NCBI GenBank assembly: GCA_035285865.1
Contig: JAYKHS010000005.1
Coordinates: 32,001 to 96,000, forward strand
Direction: 5' to 3'
Source: Candidatus Sericytochromatia bacterium
Lineage (GTDB): Bacteria; Cyanobacteriota; Sericytochromatia; S15B-MN24; VGJW01
Length of the DNA: 64,000 bases
Shown here: piece by piece, positions 9,066 to 19,215 of the stretch
How positions within the stretch are numbered: the first letter of the stretch is position 1
Layout of the letters: each line of letters opens with the position of its first letter
Position numbers and translations under genes: made by a program
Notes under the pieces: generated by a model
What the model saw: the letters and a program-made list of their open reading frames with translations, nothing else
Databases searched by the model: none
What the model was told of the DNA's origin: nothing

Positions 9066-10771
9066 TTCCGGAGCCTCTCCCGCCTCCTCCTTGCGGATGC
9101 CTGGTGGCCAGCAGTCTGCTGCCCTCATTGGCAACTTCCTCCTTTCAGCCGGCAGCCCCCACGCTGCAGCCCTTCGGCAGTGCGCGCCCCGGCCTCTCAG
9201 CCCTGCTCGAGGATCCGCACGCGCCTCCAGCCCGCCAGCGCGAGCCAATCGTGGCCCCGACCTGGACCGTGGCCTCGGATTCGGCCGAACTTCAGTTCGA
9301 GGGGGGGCAGATCCTGAAGGTGACGGCTGCGGAGGTCGTTTCGGACGAGGCGGCCGGGCAAATTGCAGCAAAGGGCCGCGTGCGGGCGGAGGCAGGTCCC
9401 TATGTCCTTGAGGCCGAAGCCCTCGAGGTCGCGACCGAGACCGGCGCAGGTCGCGCCACCGGGCATGTGCGTTTTTACGTCCGGGGTTATGTGTTGCTTG
9501 CGGATGAGGTGGCGTTCGACGTGCCGCATGAACGAGTCCGCATCATCGGTTGGCGAGGGCGCCTGCAGGACCGGCTTGCGCTCGAGGGCCGCGAACTGCA
9601 GCTTTCGCCGGATCGGGTGGATGGCTACGGGACTCGATTCACTCCGTGTCTGGCCGACAAGCCCAGCTACTTTGCCTCTGCGGAACATCTATCGTGGTTC
9701 CCGCGTTCGCGCGAACAGAACGTGGCCCTCGAGGGTCTCGGTCTTTGGCTGTCCGGGTTTCAGGTCTTCCACTGGCCATCCCTCCGCGCGAACTGGGAGG
9801 AAAAGCCGGCCGAGGTGCGCAAGAAGAATGAAGACGGAGCCGTGGACACCCAGATAGGCTTCAATGCCTTCGAGGGTGCCTTTGCCTCCGGCCGCGCCGA
9901 CTTCCGGCCTTCTGAACGCTATGCATTCTCGGTCCTGCCTCGCCTGACGCAGGGGCGAGGCCTCTATGTCGGGACCCTCCAGCGCTACGACTGGCAGGGG
10001 GGGCACATGACCGGGGACGTCAGCTATCAGACGGCATTCTCGGGCGGTACATCCGGTCTGCGCGGCAACGGAACAGCGTACATGGGCCTGGGCAGCCTGG
10101 GGGCTCTCGCGATGGGCATGGGCTTTCGATCCGATCTGGCGGGGCAGGCCGTCGATCGTCTGCCGGAGGTCACGTGGCAGATGCCGGACCAACCCATCGG
10201 TCCGTTCTTCCTGGGGGCGTCGGCGCGCTGGGGCATCTTTCGGGAGCGCCTGTCCGTGCTGGATCAGGAGATTGTCCGCGCCGAAGCACGGACCAGTCAG
10301 ATCCAGGGGGTGCTGCGGGCACCGAGGCTCTCGTGGGCCGAGGGGTGGGCCGTCCAGCCCGGACTCGTTCTTCAGGCCACCCGTTACGATACCTACCTGC
10401 CCGGGCCCGCGGACTTGCGCGACGTCCGCCTCGGTGCCCTTACACTGCAGTCGGAACAACGCTGGACCCCCTCGCTCAGGACCGGCATTTCTCTGGATGT
10501 CCGGGATGCCGCAGGTCAGTCCCCGTTCTTCTTCGATCAGGTGAACGGCAACAGCCAGGTGGTCGTGAGCACACGTTACGATCTCGCGTCCGAGTGGTTC
10601 CTCGGAGGATACGTCACCGGAACGCGCCTGCCCGCCGTGCCCGATCGGGCCCTGATCCTCACGGACGCCGGCATCAGTCTGAACTTCGAGGGGCCCTGCC
10701 TTGCCTGGACGTTGGGCCTGAGACCGCTGACACTGGGCGTGGATCTCAACTATCGTTGGGCACTTCAGTGA
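9062..10771 (+). CDS. LptD/OstA-like outer-membrane beta-barrel protein
   Basis: N-terminal beta-jellyroll-like strands, FTPC motif, amphipathic beta-strand C-terminal region with an aromatic end. Confidence 0.6.
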   Translation: MIPEPLPPPPCGCLVASSLLPSLATSSFQPAAPTLQPFGSARPGLSALLEDPHAPPARQREPIVAPTWTVASDSAELQFEGGQILKVTAAEVVSDEAAGQIAAKGRVRAEAGPYVLEAEALEVATETGAGRATGHVRFYVRGYVLLADEVAFDVPHERVRIIGWRGRLQDRLALEGRELQLSPDRVDGYGTRFTPCLADKPSYFASAEHLSWFPRSREQNVALEGLGLWLSGFQVFHWPSLRANWEEKPAEVRKKNEDGAVDTQIGFNAFEGAFASGRADFRPSERYAFSVLPRLTQGRGLYVGTLQRYDWQGGHMTGDVSYQTAFSGGTSGLRGNGTAYMGLGSLGALAMGMGFRSDLAGQAVDRLPEVTWQMPDQPIGPFFLGASARWGIFRERLSVLDQEIVRAEARTSQIQGVLRAPRLSWAEGWAVQPGLVLQATRYDTYLPGPADLRDVRLGALTLQSEQRWTPSLRTGISLDVRDAAGQSPFFFDQVNGNSQVVVSTRYDLASEWFLGGYVTGTRLPAVPDRALILTDAGISLNFEGPCLAWTLGLRPLTLGVDLNYRWALQ

Positions 10772-10816
10772 GCGCTGGCGCGGGAGAGCCGCCGCTTCGC
10801 GGGGTATGACAACAGC

Positions 10817-12214
10817 ATGGCCCTGATCAAGGGGAACAAGGTCAACCCCCGGGGTACGGTGGTCCTTCAGGGGGATCAGTTGCTGCCTGACGAGGCGGCC
10901 GATGAGTCCGGTTCCGTCCCAGCCCCACCCGCCACGCGAGGTTCCGCTCCGGTACCTGTCGCCGACCCTGCGGCGCCGTCTTCGGCGACTGCCCGTGAAC
11001 CTTCGGCTGTTCCGTACGTCGGACCGGAATCGGACACGGCAGACGACGCCCTTGTGGTCGAGACACCGGAAGAGCCCGCCGTTCCTCGGTACCCGGTGGA
11101 GCCGGACGCGACCGGACAGGGCGAGGCCGCCGAGAAGTCTGCTGCCGTGAAGGTCGGACTCGAGGCTGCCGTGGAGCGGCTCGAGGCCTGGGATGTCGCG
11201 CGCGATGCGTTGCGGGAGGAGGCCACGGCCCTCGCGGCTTCCTCGGAAGCGGACGCTCTGGCAGACATCGATCCTTCGGGCCTGTTCCGCGAGCGCCATG
11301 CCGAGCTGGCCTCGCACCTCGAGGAGGTCGTGGCCGCGCAGGCCATCGAGAGTGCGCTGGAGGCCGCGACGCCCGGTCTCGAGGCACTGGTCGAGTCCGA
11401 GGTGAGGGCGGCCCACGCTCGAGCCCGGGATATGGCCCGCTGGCGCACGATGGGCGAGGCTGAAGAGCAGATTGCGGCCCTGCTGGAGAATTACAGTTGG
11501 CCGGAGGAGCACGCCAAGGCCCTGCTCGGAGAGCGTGAGCAGGTTCTGGCTGCGGCTCGCCTCGAGGCCGAACGGATCCTGATGCACGCGCGCGCGGATG
11601 CCGAGGCCCTTATCGTCGAGGCGAGGACCTCGGCCATGCAGGACATGGCCACGCTCGAGTCCCAGCGTCAGGCACTCTTCGAAGAAACGCGCCAGCGCGC
11701 CTATGCCGAAGGCTATACCGAGGGTCGCGCGCAGGCTGACGAGGAGGGGGCACGGCTCCTCGAGGAGGCGACGGACAGCCTGAATCGCATTCGTCTGGCG
11801 TTGCCGCGTGCCGTCCGCGAGAGCCAGGACCAGTTGTTGCAATTGGCACTCGAGGTGGCCGAGCGTCTGGTCCATGCCGAGATTGCCGTCCGACCCGAGA
11901 TCGTATTGGACACGCTCGATGCCGCGCTGGCCCGCGTCACGGACATGGAGTCCGTCATCCTCCGGGTTCATCCCGAGGACCTGCCCACGGTGCAAGGGAA
12001 GGAGGAGCAGATCCGGGACCTGCTGGCCCAGGTCAAGAAGCTCGAGTTCCAGTCCTCCGTCAAGATCGCTCGGGGCGGAGTCTTCATCGAGACCGGGTCC
12101 GGCACCGTCGATGCGACCATCCGGACACAGATTTCGGTGCTCTCCGAAGTCTTCCGCAACACGCAGGCCGAGTTGTCCGAGATGATTGCGCCCGACCCTG
12201 AGGCTGGCTCGTGA
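10817..12214 (+). CDS. fliH: FliH/SctL-family export stator with long N-terminal extension
   Basis: AYAEGYTEG repeat, LALEVAERLV, ILRVHPED, GGVFIETGSGTVDATIRTQ. Confidence 0.85.
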   Translation: MALIKGNKVNPRGTVVLQGDQLLPDEAADESGSVPAPPATRGSAPVPVADPAAPSSATAREPSAVPYVGPESDTADDALVVETPEEPAVPRYPVEPDATGQGEAAEKSAAVKVGLEAAVERLEAWDVARDALREEATALAASSEADALADIDPSGLFRERHAELASHLEEVVAAQAIESALEAATPGLEALVESEVRAAHARARDMARWRTMGEAEEQIAALLENYSWPEEHAKALLGEREQVLAAARLEAERILMHARADAEALIVEARTSAMQDMATLESQRQALFEETRQRAYAEGYTEGRAQADEEGARLLEEATDSLNRIRLALPRAVRESQDQLLQLALEVAERLVHAEIAVRPEIVLDTLDAALARVTDMESVILRVHPEDLPTVQGKEEQIRDLLAQVKKLEFQSSVKIARGGVFIETGSGTVDATIRTQISVLSEVFRNTQAELSEMIAPDPEAGS

Positions 12215-13548
12215 CGCTGCCGATCGAGCCCTTCGCCCTGGCGCTCCGGGATACCGAGGCCATTAGGGCACGCGGCCAGGTCACCCAGCTCGTGGGGTTG
12301 GTTATCGAGGCCCTGCTGCAGGGTGTCCGGATGGGTGAGCTCTGCCTGATCTATGCTCAGGATCGCAAGACGGTCTTTCCATGTGAGGTCGTCGGCTTCA
12401 AGCCTCGTCGCGTCATGCTGATGCCGCTTTCCGAGGTCGAGGGCATCGGTGCCGGTTGCGAGGTGGTGGCCACGGGACGGATGGTCAGCGTCAAGGTGGG
12501 GCCGAAGTTGCTCGGCCGGGTCCTCGATGGGTTGGGCAATCCCATCGATGGCAAGGGGCCGCTCATCTATGAGACGACCTATCCACAGATGAACCAGCCG
12601 CCGAACTCGATGCGCCGCAAGCTCATCGACACCGTTCTCCCCACGGGCGTCAGGGTCATGGACGGGTTCCTGACCATGGGAGAAGGCCAGCGCATCGGGA
12701 TCTTTGCCGGTTCGGGCGTCGGCAAGAGTACCTTGCTGGGTCAGATCGCACGACAGACCGAAGCCGACCTGTCGGTGCTCTGCCTGGTCGGTGAGCGCGG
12801 CCGCGAGGTGCGTGAGTTCCTCGAATACTCCCTGGGTGAGGATGGTCTCGCGCGTTCCGTTGTGGTCGTGGCGACCTCGGACACGTCCAGCCTGATGCGC
12901 TTCAAGGCGCCTCTGGTTGCGACATCCATCGCCGAGTACTTCCGCGACCAGGGCAGCAAGGTCTTCATGATGATGGACTCGATGACCCGCTTTGCGATGG
13001 CGATGCGCGAGATCGGACTTGCCATCGGTGAGCCACCGGCACAAAAGGGCTACACGCCGTCCGTCTTCGCACTGATTCCCAAGCTGCTCGAGCGCGCGGG
13101 GACCAGCGACAAGGGCTCCATCACCGCCATCTACACGGTGCTGGTCGACGGGGGCGACATGGACGAACCCATCGCGGACTGTGTTCGGGGCGTGCTGGAC
13201 GGCCACATCGTCATGCTGCGCAACATCGCGGCCCAAGGCATTTTCCCGGCCGTGGACGTTCTGCAAAGTGTCTCGCGACTGCTCGACGTGCTCGCGACCA
13301 AGGAGCACAAGGCTGCGAGGCAGGCGGTCTTCCAGATGATTGCCGACTTCAAGGAGGTGCAGGACCTGCTGAACGTCGGTGCCTACGTGCGTGGTTCCAA
13401 CCCTGCCTATGACCGGGCCATCTCGATGTGGGACCAGATCAAGGGCTTCCTCAAGCAGGATATCCGGGACAACACGCCTTTCGACGAGACGGTTCGGCTG
13501 ATTCGGATGCTGGGTTCGAACACCTCGGCTGCCTCGATGTTTAACTGA
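12211..13548 (+). CDS. fliI: FliI/SctN type III export ATPase
   Basis: GQRIGIFAGSGVGKST, GERGREVREF, REIGLAIGEPP..KGYTPSVF, LDGHI. Confidence 0.93.
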   Translation: MTLPIEPFALALRDTEAIRARGQVTQLVGLVIEALLQGVRMGELCLIYAQDRKTVFPCEVVGFKPRRVMLMPLSEVEGIGAGCEVVATGRMVSVKVGPKLLGRVLDGLGNPIDGKGPLIYETTYPQMNQPPNSMRRKLIDTVLPTGVRVMDGFLTMGEGQRIGIFAGSGVGKSTLLGQIARQTEADLSVLCLVGERGREVREFLEYSLGEDGLARSVVVVATSDTSSLMRFKAPLVATSIAEYFRDQGSKVFMMMDSMTRFAMAMREIGLAIGEPPAQKGYTPSVFALIPKLLERAGTSDKGSITAIYTVLVDGGDMDEPIADCVRGVLDGHIVMLRNIAAQGIFPAVDVLQSVSRLLDVLATKEHKAARQAVFQMIADFKEVQDLLNVGAYVRGSNPAYDRAISMWDQIKGFLKQDIRDNTPFDETVRLIRMLGSNTSAASMFN

Positions 13549-13774
13549 CGCCTCCAGGCTGGTAGATCCCGAAGAAGCCCGTTCTGCCTGTGTTCGGGGC
13601 GCTTCACCCAATCCGGATCGCTTCTGGTGGATTGTTAAGCGCGTGTTTGGACTGTTAAGTCTCCGGCAATTCTCCGTCAACTTGCCGTCAGGGGGCTTTT
13701 CATGGAGTGTTTGCTGTCCTATGCTTGCAGCGTAAAGGTTGAGTTAACTCTTCCTATGGAGAAAGGTTAAAGCA

Positions 13775-15127
13775 ATGATTCGTTTTGCGAAGGCGACGAC
13801 GGCGGCGGCCCTTGCGACCAGTCTGGTGGGTTGTGGCACGAGCATGGGTCTGATGGGTGCCAACGGTGGCGTCCTCGGCGCCAAGGCCCGCAACCAGGCC
13901 GAGTGGACGTTCATGCTGCACCTGGGTGCGGCGAACAACCTCGAGCCCTTCGCCGGCATCAACCTGAACGAGATCGAAGCCGCCATCGACGACAAGAACG
14001 TCAACTTCATCGTCCTGTTCGACGGCCAGAAGAAGGGCGACTCCAAGATCTACCGGATGGTTCGCGACGCCAACGGTAACAACAAGACCTTGGTCTCGAG
14101 CGTAGTCGACGACAAGGGTGCCGTCATTCCGAGCGACACCAAGGAAATCGATTCCGGCGACGTCAAGACGGCTTCGAGGTTCACCCAGTGGGCCATCCAG
14201 AACTTCCCCGCCAAGAAGTATGGCTACCTGATGTGGGACCACGGCTCGGGCATCTTCACCCCGCAAGGTCAGCGCGTGAACCTCGGCCCCAGCGTCGATC
14301 GCTCGGCCGTCAAGCGTGCACTCGCCGGCAACGGCATGTCGGCCAACGGCATCTGCTGGGATGACGAGACCGGCAACCACATGACGACCGCCCAGTTCGG
14401 CGACGTCGTCGCCGCCGGTGCCCAGGCTGCCGGCAAGCCCCTCGACTTGGTCGGCTTCGATGCCTGCCTGATGGCGCACGTCGAGCTGGTCTACCAGATG
14501 AAGGGCAACGGCCTGAACATGGTCGCTTCCGAAGAGCTCGAGCCGGGCCTCGGTTGGGACTACATGGGCTGGATGAAGCGCCTCACCGCCAACCCCGCCG
14601 CTGATGGCGCCCTCGCTTCCAAGTACCTCGTCCAAGCCTACGGCGAGTCCTACAAGCCCGGTGGCAACCACGCCAAGGATGGTCGCGAGCAGGAGATCAC
14701 CCTGTCCGCCGCCAACTATGCGGCACTCAAGAACAATCTGGTTCCTGCGCTGAACAACCTCGCCAGCGAGATGGTCGCCGCGATGGGTTCCGAGAAGGCC
14801 GCCTTCCAGGCCGCTCGCAAGGCTACCCAGGAGTTCTACAACAGCGACTGCGGTGATGTCGGCAGTTTCCTCGGCCAGCTGGGTGCCAACACCCGGAGTG
14901 CTCGCGTCAAGCAGGCTGTCGCCAGCACCCAGCAGGCGCTCGCCAGCACCGTGATCGCCGAGGTGCACAACGGCAAGTGGACCACCGAGGGTACCGCCGG
15001 TGCCACCGGCCTGGTCATCTTCTTCCCCGAGACGAAGTACCAGTGGAAGGAAGCCTACAACAACCCTGCCCAGATCGCTTTCGCGGCCGAAGGCTGGCGG
15101 AACTTCCTCGTCAACTTCATCAAGTAG
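13775..15127 (+). CDS. Clostripain-family (C11) cysteine peptidase lipoprotein
   Basis: Lipobox LVGC; catalytic WDHGSG and GFDACLM; ASEELEPG. Confidence 0.92.
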   Translation: MIRFAKATTAAALATSLVGCGTSMGLMGANGGVLGAKARNQAEWTFMLHLGAANNLEPFAGINLNEIEAAIDDKNVNFIVLFDGQKKGDSKIYRMVRDANGNNKTLVSSVVDDKGAVIPSDTKEIDSGDVKTASRFTQWAIQNFPAKKYGYLMWDHGSGIFTPQGQRVNLGPSVDRSAVKRALAGNGMSANGICWDDETGNHMTTAQFGDVVAAGAQAAGKPLDLVGFDACLMAHVELVYQMKGNGLNMVASEELEPGLGWDYMGWMKRLTANPAADGALASKYLVQAYGESYKPGGNHAKDGREQEITLSAANYAALKNNLVPALNNLASEMVAAMGSEKAAFQAARKATQEFYNSDCGDVGSFLGQLGANTRSARVKQAVASTQQALASTVIAEVHNGKWTTEGTAGATGLVIFFPETKYQWKEAYNNPAQIAFAAEGWRNFLVNFIK

Positions 15128-15144
15128 GCGACGGCGGGTTCCCC

Positions 15145-15172
15145 GAGGGGCGGTGCGCAAGCGCCGCCCCTC
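15145..15172 (+). terminator. Terminator-like hairpin after clostripain
   Basis: GAGGGGCGGTGC-GCAA-GCGCCGCCCCTC. Confidence 0.65.
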
Positions 15173-15269
15173 TTGGCGCGCCTCGGGACCATCCGAGGGC
15201 CCCGGTTCCCGAGGGCGAGGCCTGCGATGCGCAGGCCTGAGTGGCGCCTGGGAAAGCGTGCGTGTTCCG

Positions 15270-16502
15270 TCAGGGATCCATCGGGTCCAGGACCTTGCGG
15301 ACCTGGGCAGCGATGACACTCTTCTGGACTTCTACGGCGGACAGGCGTTGCTTCGGGGTCGCATCGGCAAGGCTGGGGTGGTCCAGTGCCGCATTGCGGC
15401 TTTCGCGTTCGGCGACCATCTGCGCCAATTTGTCGACGACCTCGGGGTTGGCGCGGACCACGGTGCGGAAAGCCGGCTTGTCGACTTCCAGCAACTCGGC
15501 CCCGCTGCCCGGGGCAATCACGGCAGTAGCCCCACGGGGTTCCCCTTTGAGCAGGGGAATCTCGCCGAAGGCCTCGCCAGGGCCGAGCCTCGCGACAGGT
15601 TCCGAGTCCTCGGGCGAGCCGAGGTAAATGTCGATGTGACCCTTGGTCACGACGAACATGGCGTCGCCGGGTTCACCCTTCCGGAAGAGAACCTCTCCGG
15701 CCTCTGCCCGACGCGAACTCGTGTGCGCTGCGAGCAGACCGAGGCTGACGTCGTCCATCGGTTCCAGCAGTGGAACATGGTGCAGTACGTCGTCCACCTT
15801 CTGGACTTGCCGCAGGTCATAGAGACGATCTCTGGTCGCCTTCTGGATCTTGTCGGGCGTCTCGCGATCGGCGAGCACCACTCCGAACCAGCGCTCTGCT
15901 TGCTCGAATCGACCGAGGCGAAGGCCCAGTTCTCCAATCATGAACGGAATGGCGGCCTCGTCATCGTCCTCGTCACCACCTTGGCCGGGTTTGGCGCCAC
16001 CTTGGCTGAAGGCCAGTTCGAGCAACTCGCTGGCTCGCGCCAAGTGAGCCAGCTCGCGGCCCAGGTTGCCCGTCATCCGGCAGATCCAGCCCGCACGAAG
16101 TGCCATCGAGGCAAGCACTTTGGGCTGCGCCTTCCGTGCTTCGTAGGTGACTGCCGCGAGTTTGAAGGCAACCAGCGCAGCGAAAGGCGAACGGTCGGGC
16201 TGTCGAAAGTCCACCGTGCGCACCAGGCCGGAGTCCTTCAGGGCTTTGGCAACGGCATCGTGATGCCGATCCTCGAGGCTGGCGAAGTCCTTCTTGAGGG
16301 CGGCATAGCCACATCCCGGACAGACCCAGATTTGGTAATAAAGCGGATTAACCCCGGAGTAATGAGGGCAGTTGTCCGAATCGCGACGGACCAGCGAGTA
16401 GGTGCCGCTGCGGGGGGTGTGCAGCTTGAAGACCTGCAGGCATACAGGGCAGGAGACATCCCGTTGGGTCAGGGCTCCGAGCGAGCGTGTGGGTGTCGGC
16501 AT
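15270..16502 (-). CDS. DUF2225 (Zn-finger/TPR-like) protein fused to cyclic-nucleotide-binding domain
   Basis: CPVC..RDSDNCP..NPLYY..VCPGCGYA, LRAGWICR; C-terminal LFRKGEPGD..GEAFGE..PRGAT. Confidence 0.85.
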   Translation of the reverse strand: MPTPTRSLGALTQRDVSCPVCLQVFKLHTPRSGTYSLVRRDSDNCPHYSGVNPLYYQIWVCPGCGYAALKKDFASLEDRHHDAVAKALKDSGLVRTVDFRQPDRSPFAALVAFKLAAVTYEARKAQPKVLASMALRAGWICRMTGNLGRELAHLARASELLELAFSQGGAKPGQGGDEDDDEAAIPFMIGELGLRLGRFEQAERWFGVVLADRETPDKIQKATRDRLYDLRQVQKVDDVLHHVPLLEPMDDVSLGLLAAHTSSRRAEAGEVLFRKGEPGDAMFVVTKGHIDIYLGSPEDSEPVARLGPGEAFGEIPLLKGEPRGATAVIAPGSGAELLEVDKPAFRTVVRANPEVVDKLAQMVAERESRNAALDHPSLADATPKQRLSAVEVQKSVIAAQVRKVLDPMDP

Positions 16503-16527
16503 GCGTCTGGTCCTTACCTACCCGAGA

Positions 16528-19188
16528 TCAGGAGTTCTTGGGCTTGGTCGGACCCTTGCGCGAAGCCTCGCCCTTGATGTGGACCACCTGGACCGGGACC
16601 CGCGTCTCGGCGTTCTCCCAGCGACGGGTGCCCTCGAAGGCGATGTCGTACTTGTTGCTCGCATTCCACAGCAGCCAGCCGACGGCCTTTCCGTCGCGAC
16701 CGCCCTGCAATTGCTTGTACACGTAATCGGCGTTGTAGTTGGACACCATGTAGCCGAAGGCCTGGAGCCAAGGGCGAATGACGGTCCCCTCGCCGATGTG
16801 GTTGCGCACCCGGGCCACACCCTGGCTGATGAAGTAATACGGCTGGTCCGCCGGTCGCGCGAAGCCGTCGAACGGCGGATAGAAGTGCGAGGGGTAGACC
16901 ATTGGACAGATGACATCCACTTCCTTGGCCATGTCCGCGATCTTCTGGCCGGTGACGGCCATGTCGACGTCCTTGCCCCACGCCATGACGCCGTAGACGT
17001 CAATGCCGACGCGGGCGTTGAGCGGCGCAAGGGCTGCACGGGCTTTGCGGAGGAAACTCGTGATGATGGCGTGCTTGGGTGTGACCTTCTCGTCGAAGCC
17101 GTACTTGCAGTCCCGCGTATTGCCCTGCGCCGGGAAGCGGACGTAATCGAACTGGATCTCGTCCACGCCGGATTGGGCCAACTCCACCGCGAGGCGGATG
17201 TTCATGTCCTGAACTTCGGGGTTGCTGGGATCGACCCAGCGCAAGTGTCCGTGTTCCAGCCACGGCTTGCCCGTGGCCTTGCTGCGAATTGCGAGATCGG
17301 GGCGCCGCTTGGCCAGCACGGGGTCATTGAACAACACTTGTCGTGCGATCACGTAGATGCCCATGCCGTGCAGGCGATCGACCAGCTTGGGCAGGTCGGT
17401 CACCGTATGGTCCCACTGGGTCATCGCACGCACCTTGGGGTCCTTCGCCAGGATGGACACCGGACCGTCCTTGATGTCGAAGACCACGGCGTTGCCGCCG
17501 GCGGCCTTCATGGCTGTCGCCAGCGTGAAGATGCGATCCATCCCTGCCGTGGTCGAGGTGCAGTAGATGCCCTTGACCGGGGCGTCTACTTTCCAGCCCA
17601 GCGGCTTGGGATCGGGCCGGCGTGCGAGGACGTCCGGGATGGTCAGGGTCTCGCCGGGTTTGACCCAGGCCCGCTTGAGGCCGTTGACCTCGGTGATTCG
17701 ACGGCGCAACTCGCGAGAGGTGTAGGCCTTGGTGAACCGCAGGTAGTTCATCGAAAGGCCCTCGAAGGTCTGCCCGGGCTGGACATTGTGGTTGATGCGC
17801 CCGTTCTGCCACGTGCCGCCGTTGGGCAGGGGCGCGCCGAACGCAGGGTGGATACGGCTGGGATCTGAAGCCACTGCAGCGTCCGGTGTCGCCGCGTCCA
17901 GAGCAGGAATGGATTCTGTTGCGTCGACTGCAGCAGCAGAACTTCCCGAGGCGGATGGAGCGGACTCGACCCGAGCCAGGTGCTCGGGCCCCGTCGACGA
18001 CGTGCCGACGCTCGCGGCGACGGGGGCGGTTTCCGCGACCCCTTCCTTGGCCAGTTCCGCTACGGTGCGGGCATCCAGCCGGCGTGCCCGGGCCTTGCCC
18101 AGGCGAGCAGGATCGAGTCGGTCGGCCGCACCAGCGGGGAAGCTGACGAAGTTCGGATCGCCATCCGAGACGTAGGGCGCGAAGCCTTCGGCGACCTTGC
18201 CCGTCTCCTGGCCCTTGCGACGGAACCAGTGGGCGAACTCGCTGTCCAGCGCCTGGATCCGGGCCACGCGCGCCGGATTGAAGCCCTTGGCGAAGGGAGA
18301 GGTCGCCGGATTGGCACCGACGAGGAGCAGCGCACCGTGGTGGATCTCCTGACCCGGCCCGCCCATCGCGGCGGCCTGCTGGTCCGGGCGCTTGGGGATA
18401 CCCCCCATGGGCAAGGCCACCGTCGTCGTCCTGAAGTCGGGCCCGACGACCTTGCGGACGGCGGCCTGCAGCTTCACCAGCTCCGAGCGGATCTGGGTCG
18501 GCGTGGCCTTGCTCATCAAGAGATGGGTCCAGGTGTGATTGCCCAGTTCGAAGCCGTTGGCGGCGAGGAATTTCAGCTTCGCCGCGGCAGTGCGGTCGTC
18601 CTCGAAAAAGGATGGCAGCAGGTAGAAGCTGGCGCGGTGGCCGAAGCCCGGGTGGCGCTTGGCCACGTCCAGCATGATGCCCACGCCGCAGTCGGGCGTC
18701 GGGATCGCCAGACCCTTGGCGTCGATGCCCGAGGCCACGAACTGATCGGCCCGCGCGTCATCAAAGGTCAGCACGACCGGCTTTTTGCCGGCGGGCACAC
18801 GCGGGAAGCCGTCGAGCATGTCCTGGGTGGTGGCCGTGACATAACCATTGTTGGCAAGAAACTCAAGGTCGGTACGGAAGCGGTCCGCACGGCGGACCCA
18901 GCGGCTCTCTTCCTTGCCGATGCCGTGGTATTCGAGGACCGGCACGAGACCCAACTCATGGGCCTTGGCGACAGCGGCAGCCGAGGCCACCTGCACCGGA
19001 ACGCCTTCAGTCGCCTGAACGGGATCTGTCTCCGGGGAACCGGCACCCGGGGCGGGATTCAGCCGTCCGGTCTGCTCAGGACCCTTGCTGGATTGACATC
19101 CGAGCGAAAGCGCGAGCACGGCCGATGACAGCCAAGGTAGCCAGGAACGTCGCGAATGCGTCAACGAGGGGGTCCTCCGGGCGCCCAT
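16528..19188 (-). CDS. Lipoprotein: polysaccharide deacetylase + LysM + DUF4015-like glycoside hydrolase
   Basis: LSLGC lipobox; VLEYH, LTFDD, GNHTWTH; HNVQPGQT; KGIY, VFDIKD, DEIQFDYVRFP, PMVYPSH, RPWLQAF. Confidence 0.85.
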   Translation of the reverse strand: MGARRTPSLTHSRRSWLPWLSSAVLALSLGCQSSKGPEQTGRLNPAPGAGSPETDPVQATEGVPVQVASAAAVAKAHELGLVPVLEYHGIGKEESRWVRRADRFRTDLEFLANNGYVTATTQDMLDGFPRVPAGKKPVVLTFDDARADQFVASGIDAKGLAIPTPDCGVGIMLDVAKRHPGFGHRASFYLLPSFFEDDRTAAAKLKFLAANGFELGNHTWTHLLMSKATPTQIRSELVKLQAAVRKVVGPDFRTTTVALPMGGIPKRPDQQAAAMGGPGQEIHHGALLLVGANPATSPFAKGFNPARVARIQALDSEFAHWFRRKGQETGKVAEGFAPYVSDGDPNFVSFPAGAADRLDPARLGKARARRLDARTVAELAKEGVAETAPVAASVGTSSTGPEHLARVESAPSASGSSAAAVDATESIPALDAATPDAAVASDPSRIHPAFGAPLPNGGTWQNGRINHNVQPGQTFEGLSMNYLRFTKAYTSRELRRRITEVNGLKRAWVKPGETLTIPDVLARRPDPKPLGWKVDAPVKGIYCTSTTAGMDRIFTLATAMKAAGGNAVVFDIKDGPVSILAKDPKVRAMTQWDHTVTDLPKLVDRLHGMGIYVIARQVLFNDPVLAKRRPDLAIRSKATGKPWLEHGHLRWVDPSNPEVQDMNIRLAVELAQSGVDEIQFDYVRFPAQGNTRDCKYGFDEKVTPKHAIITSFLRKARAALAPLNARVGIDVYGVMAWGKDVDMAVTGQKIADMAKEVDVICPMVYPSHFYPPFDGFARPADQPYYFISQGVARVRNHIGEGTVIRPWLQAFGYMVSNYNADYVYKQLQGGRDGKAVGWLLWNASNKYDIAFEGTRRWENAETRVPVQVVHIKGEASRKGPTKPKNS

Positions 19189-19215
19189 CCTACCACGGGC
19201 CCCCCGGCCGTCCCA

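Noticed and set aside
9689..15319. Long antisense ORFs (e.g. 9689-11995, 11968-13680, 13754-15319)
   Set aside because: Shadow frames of high-GC3 genes on the opposite strand; no recognisable motifs
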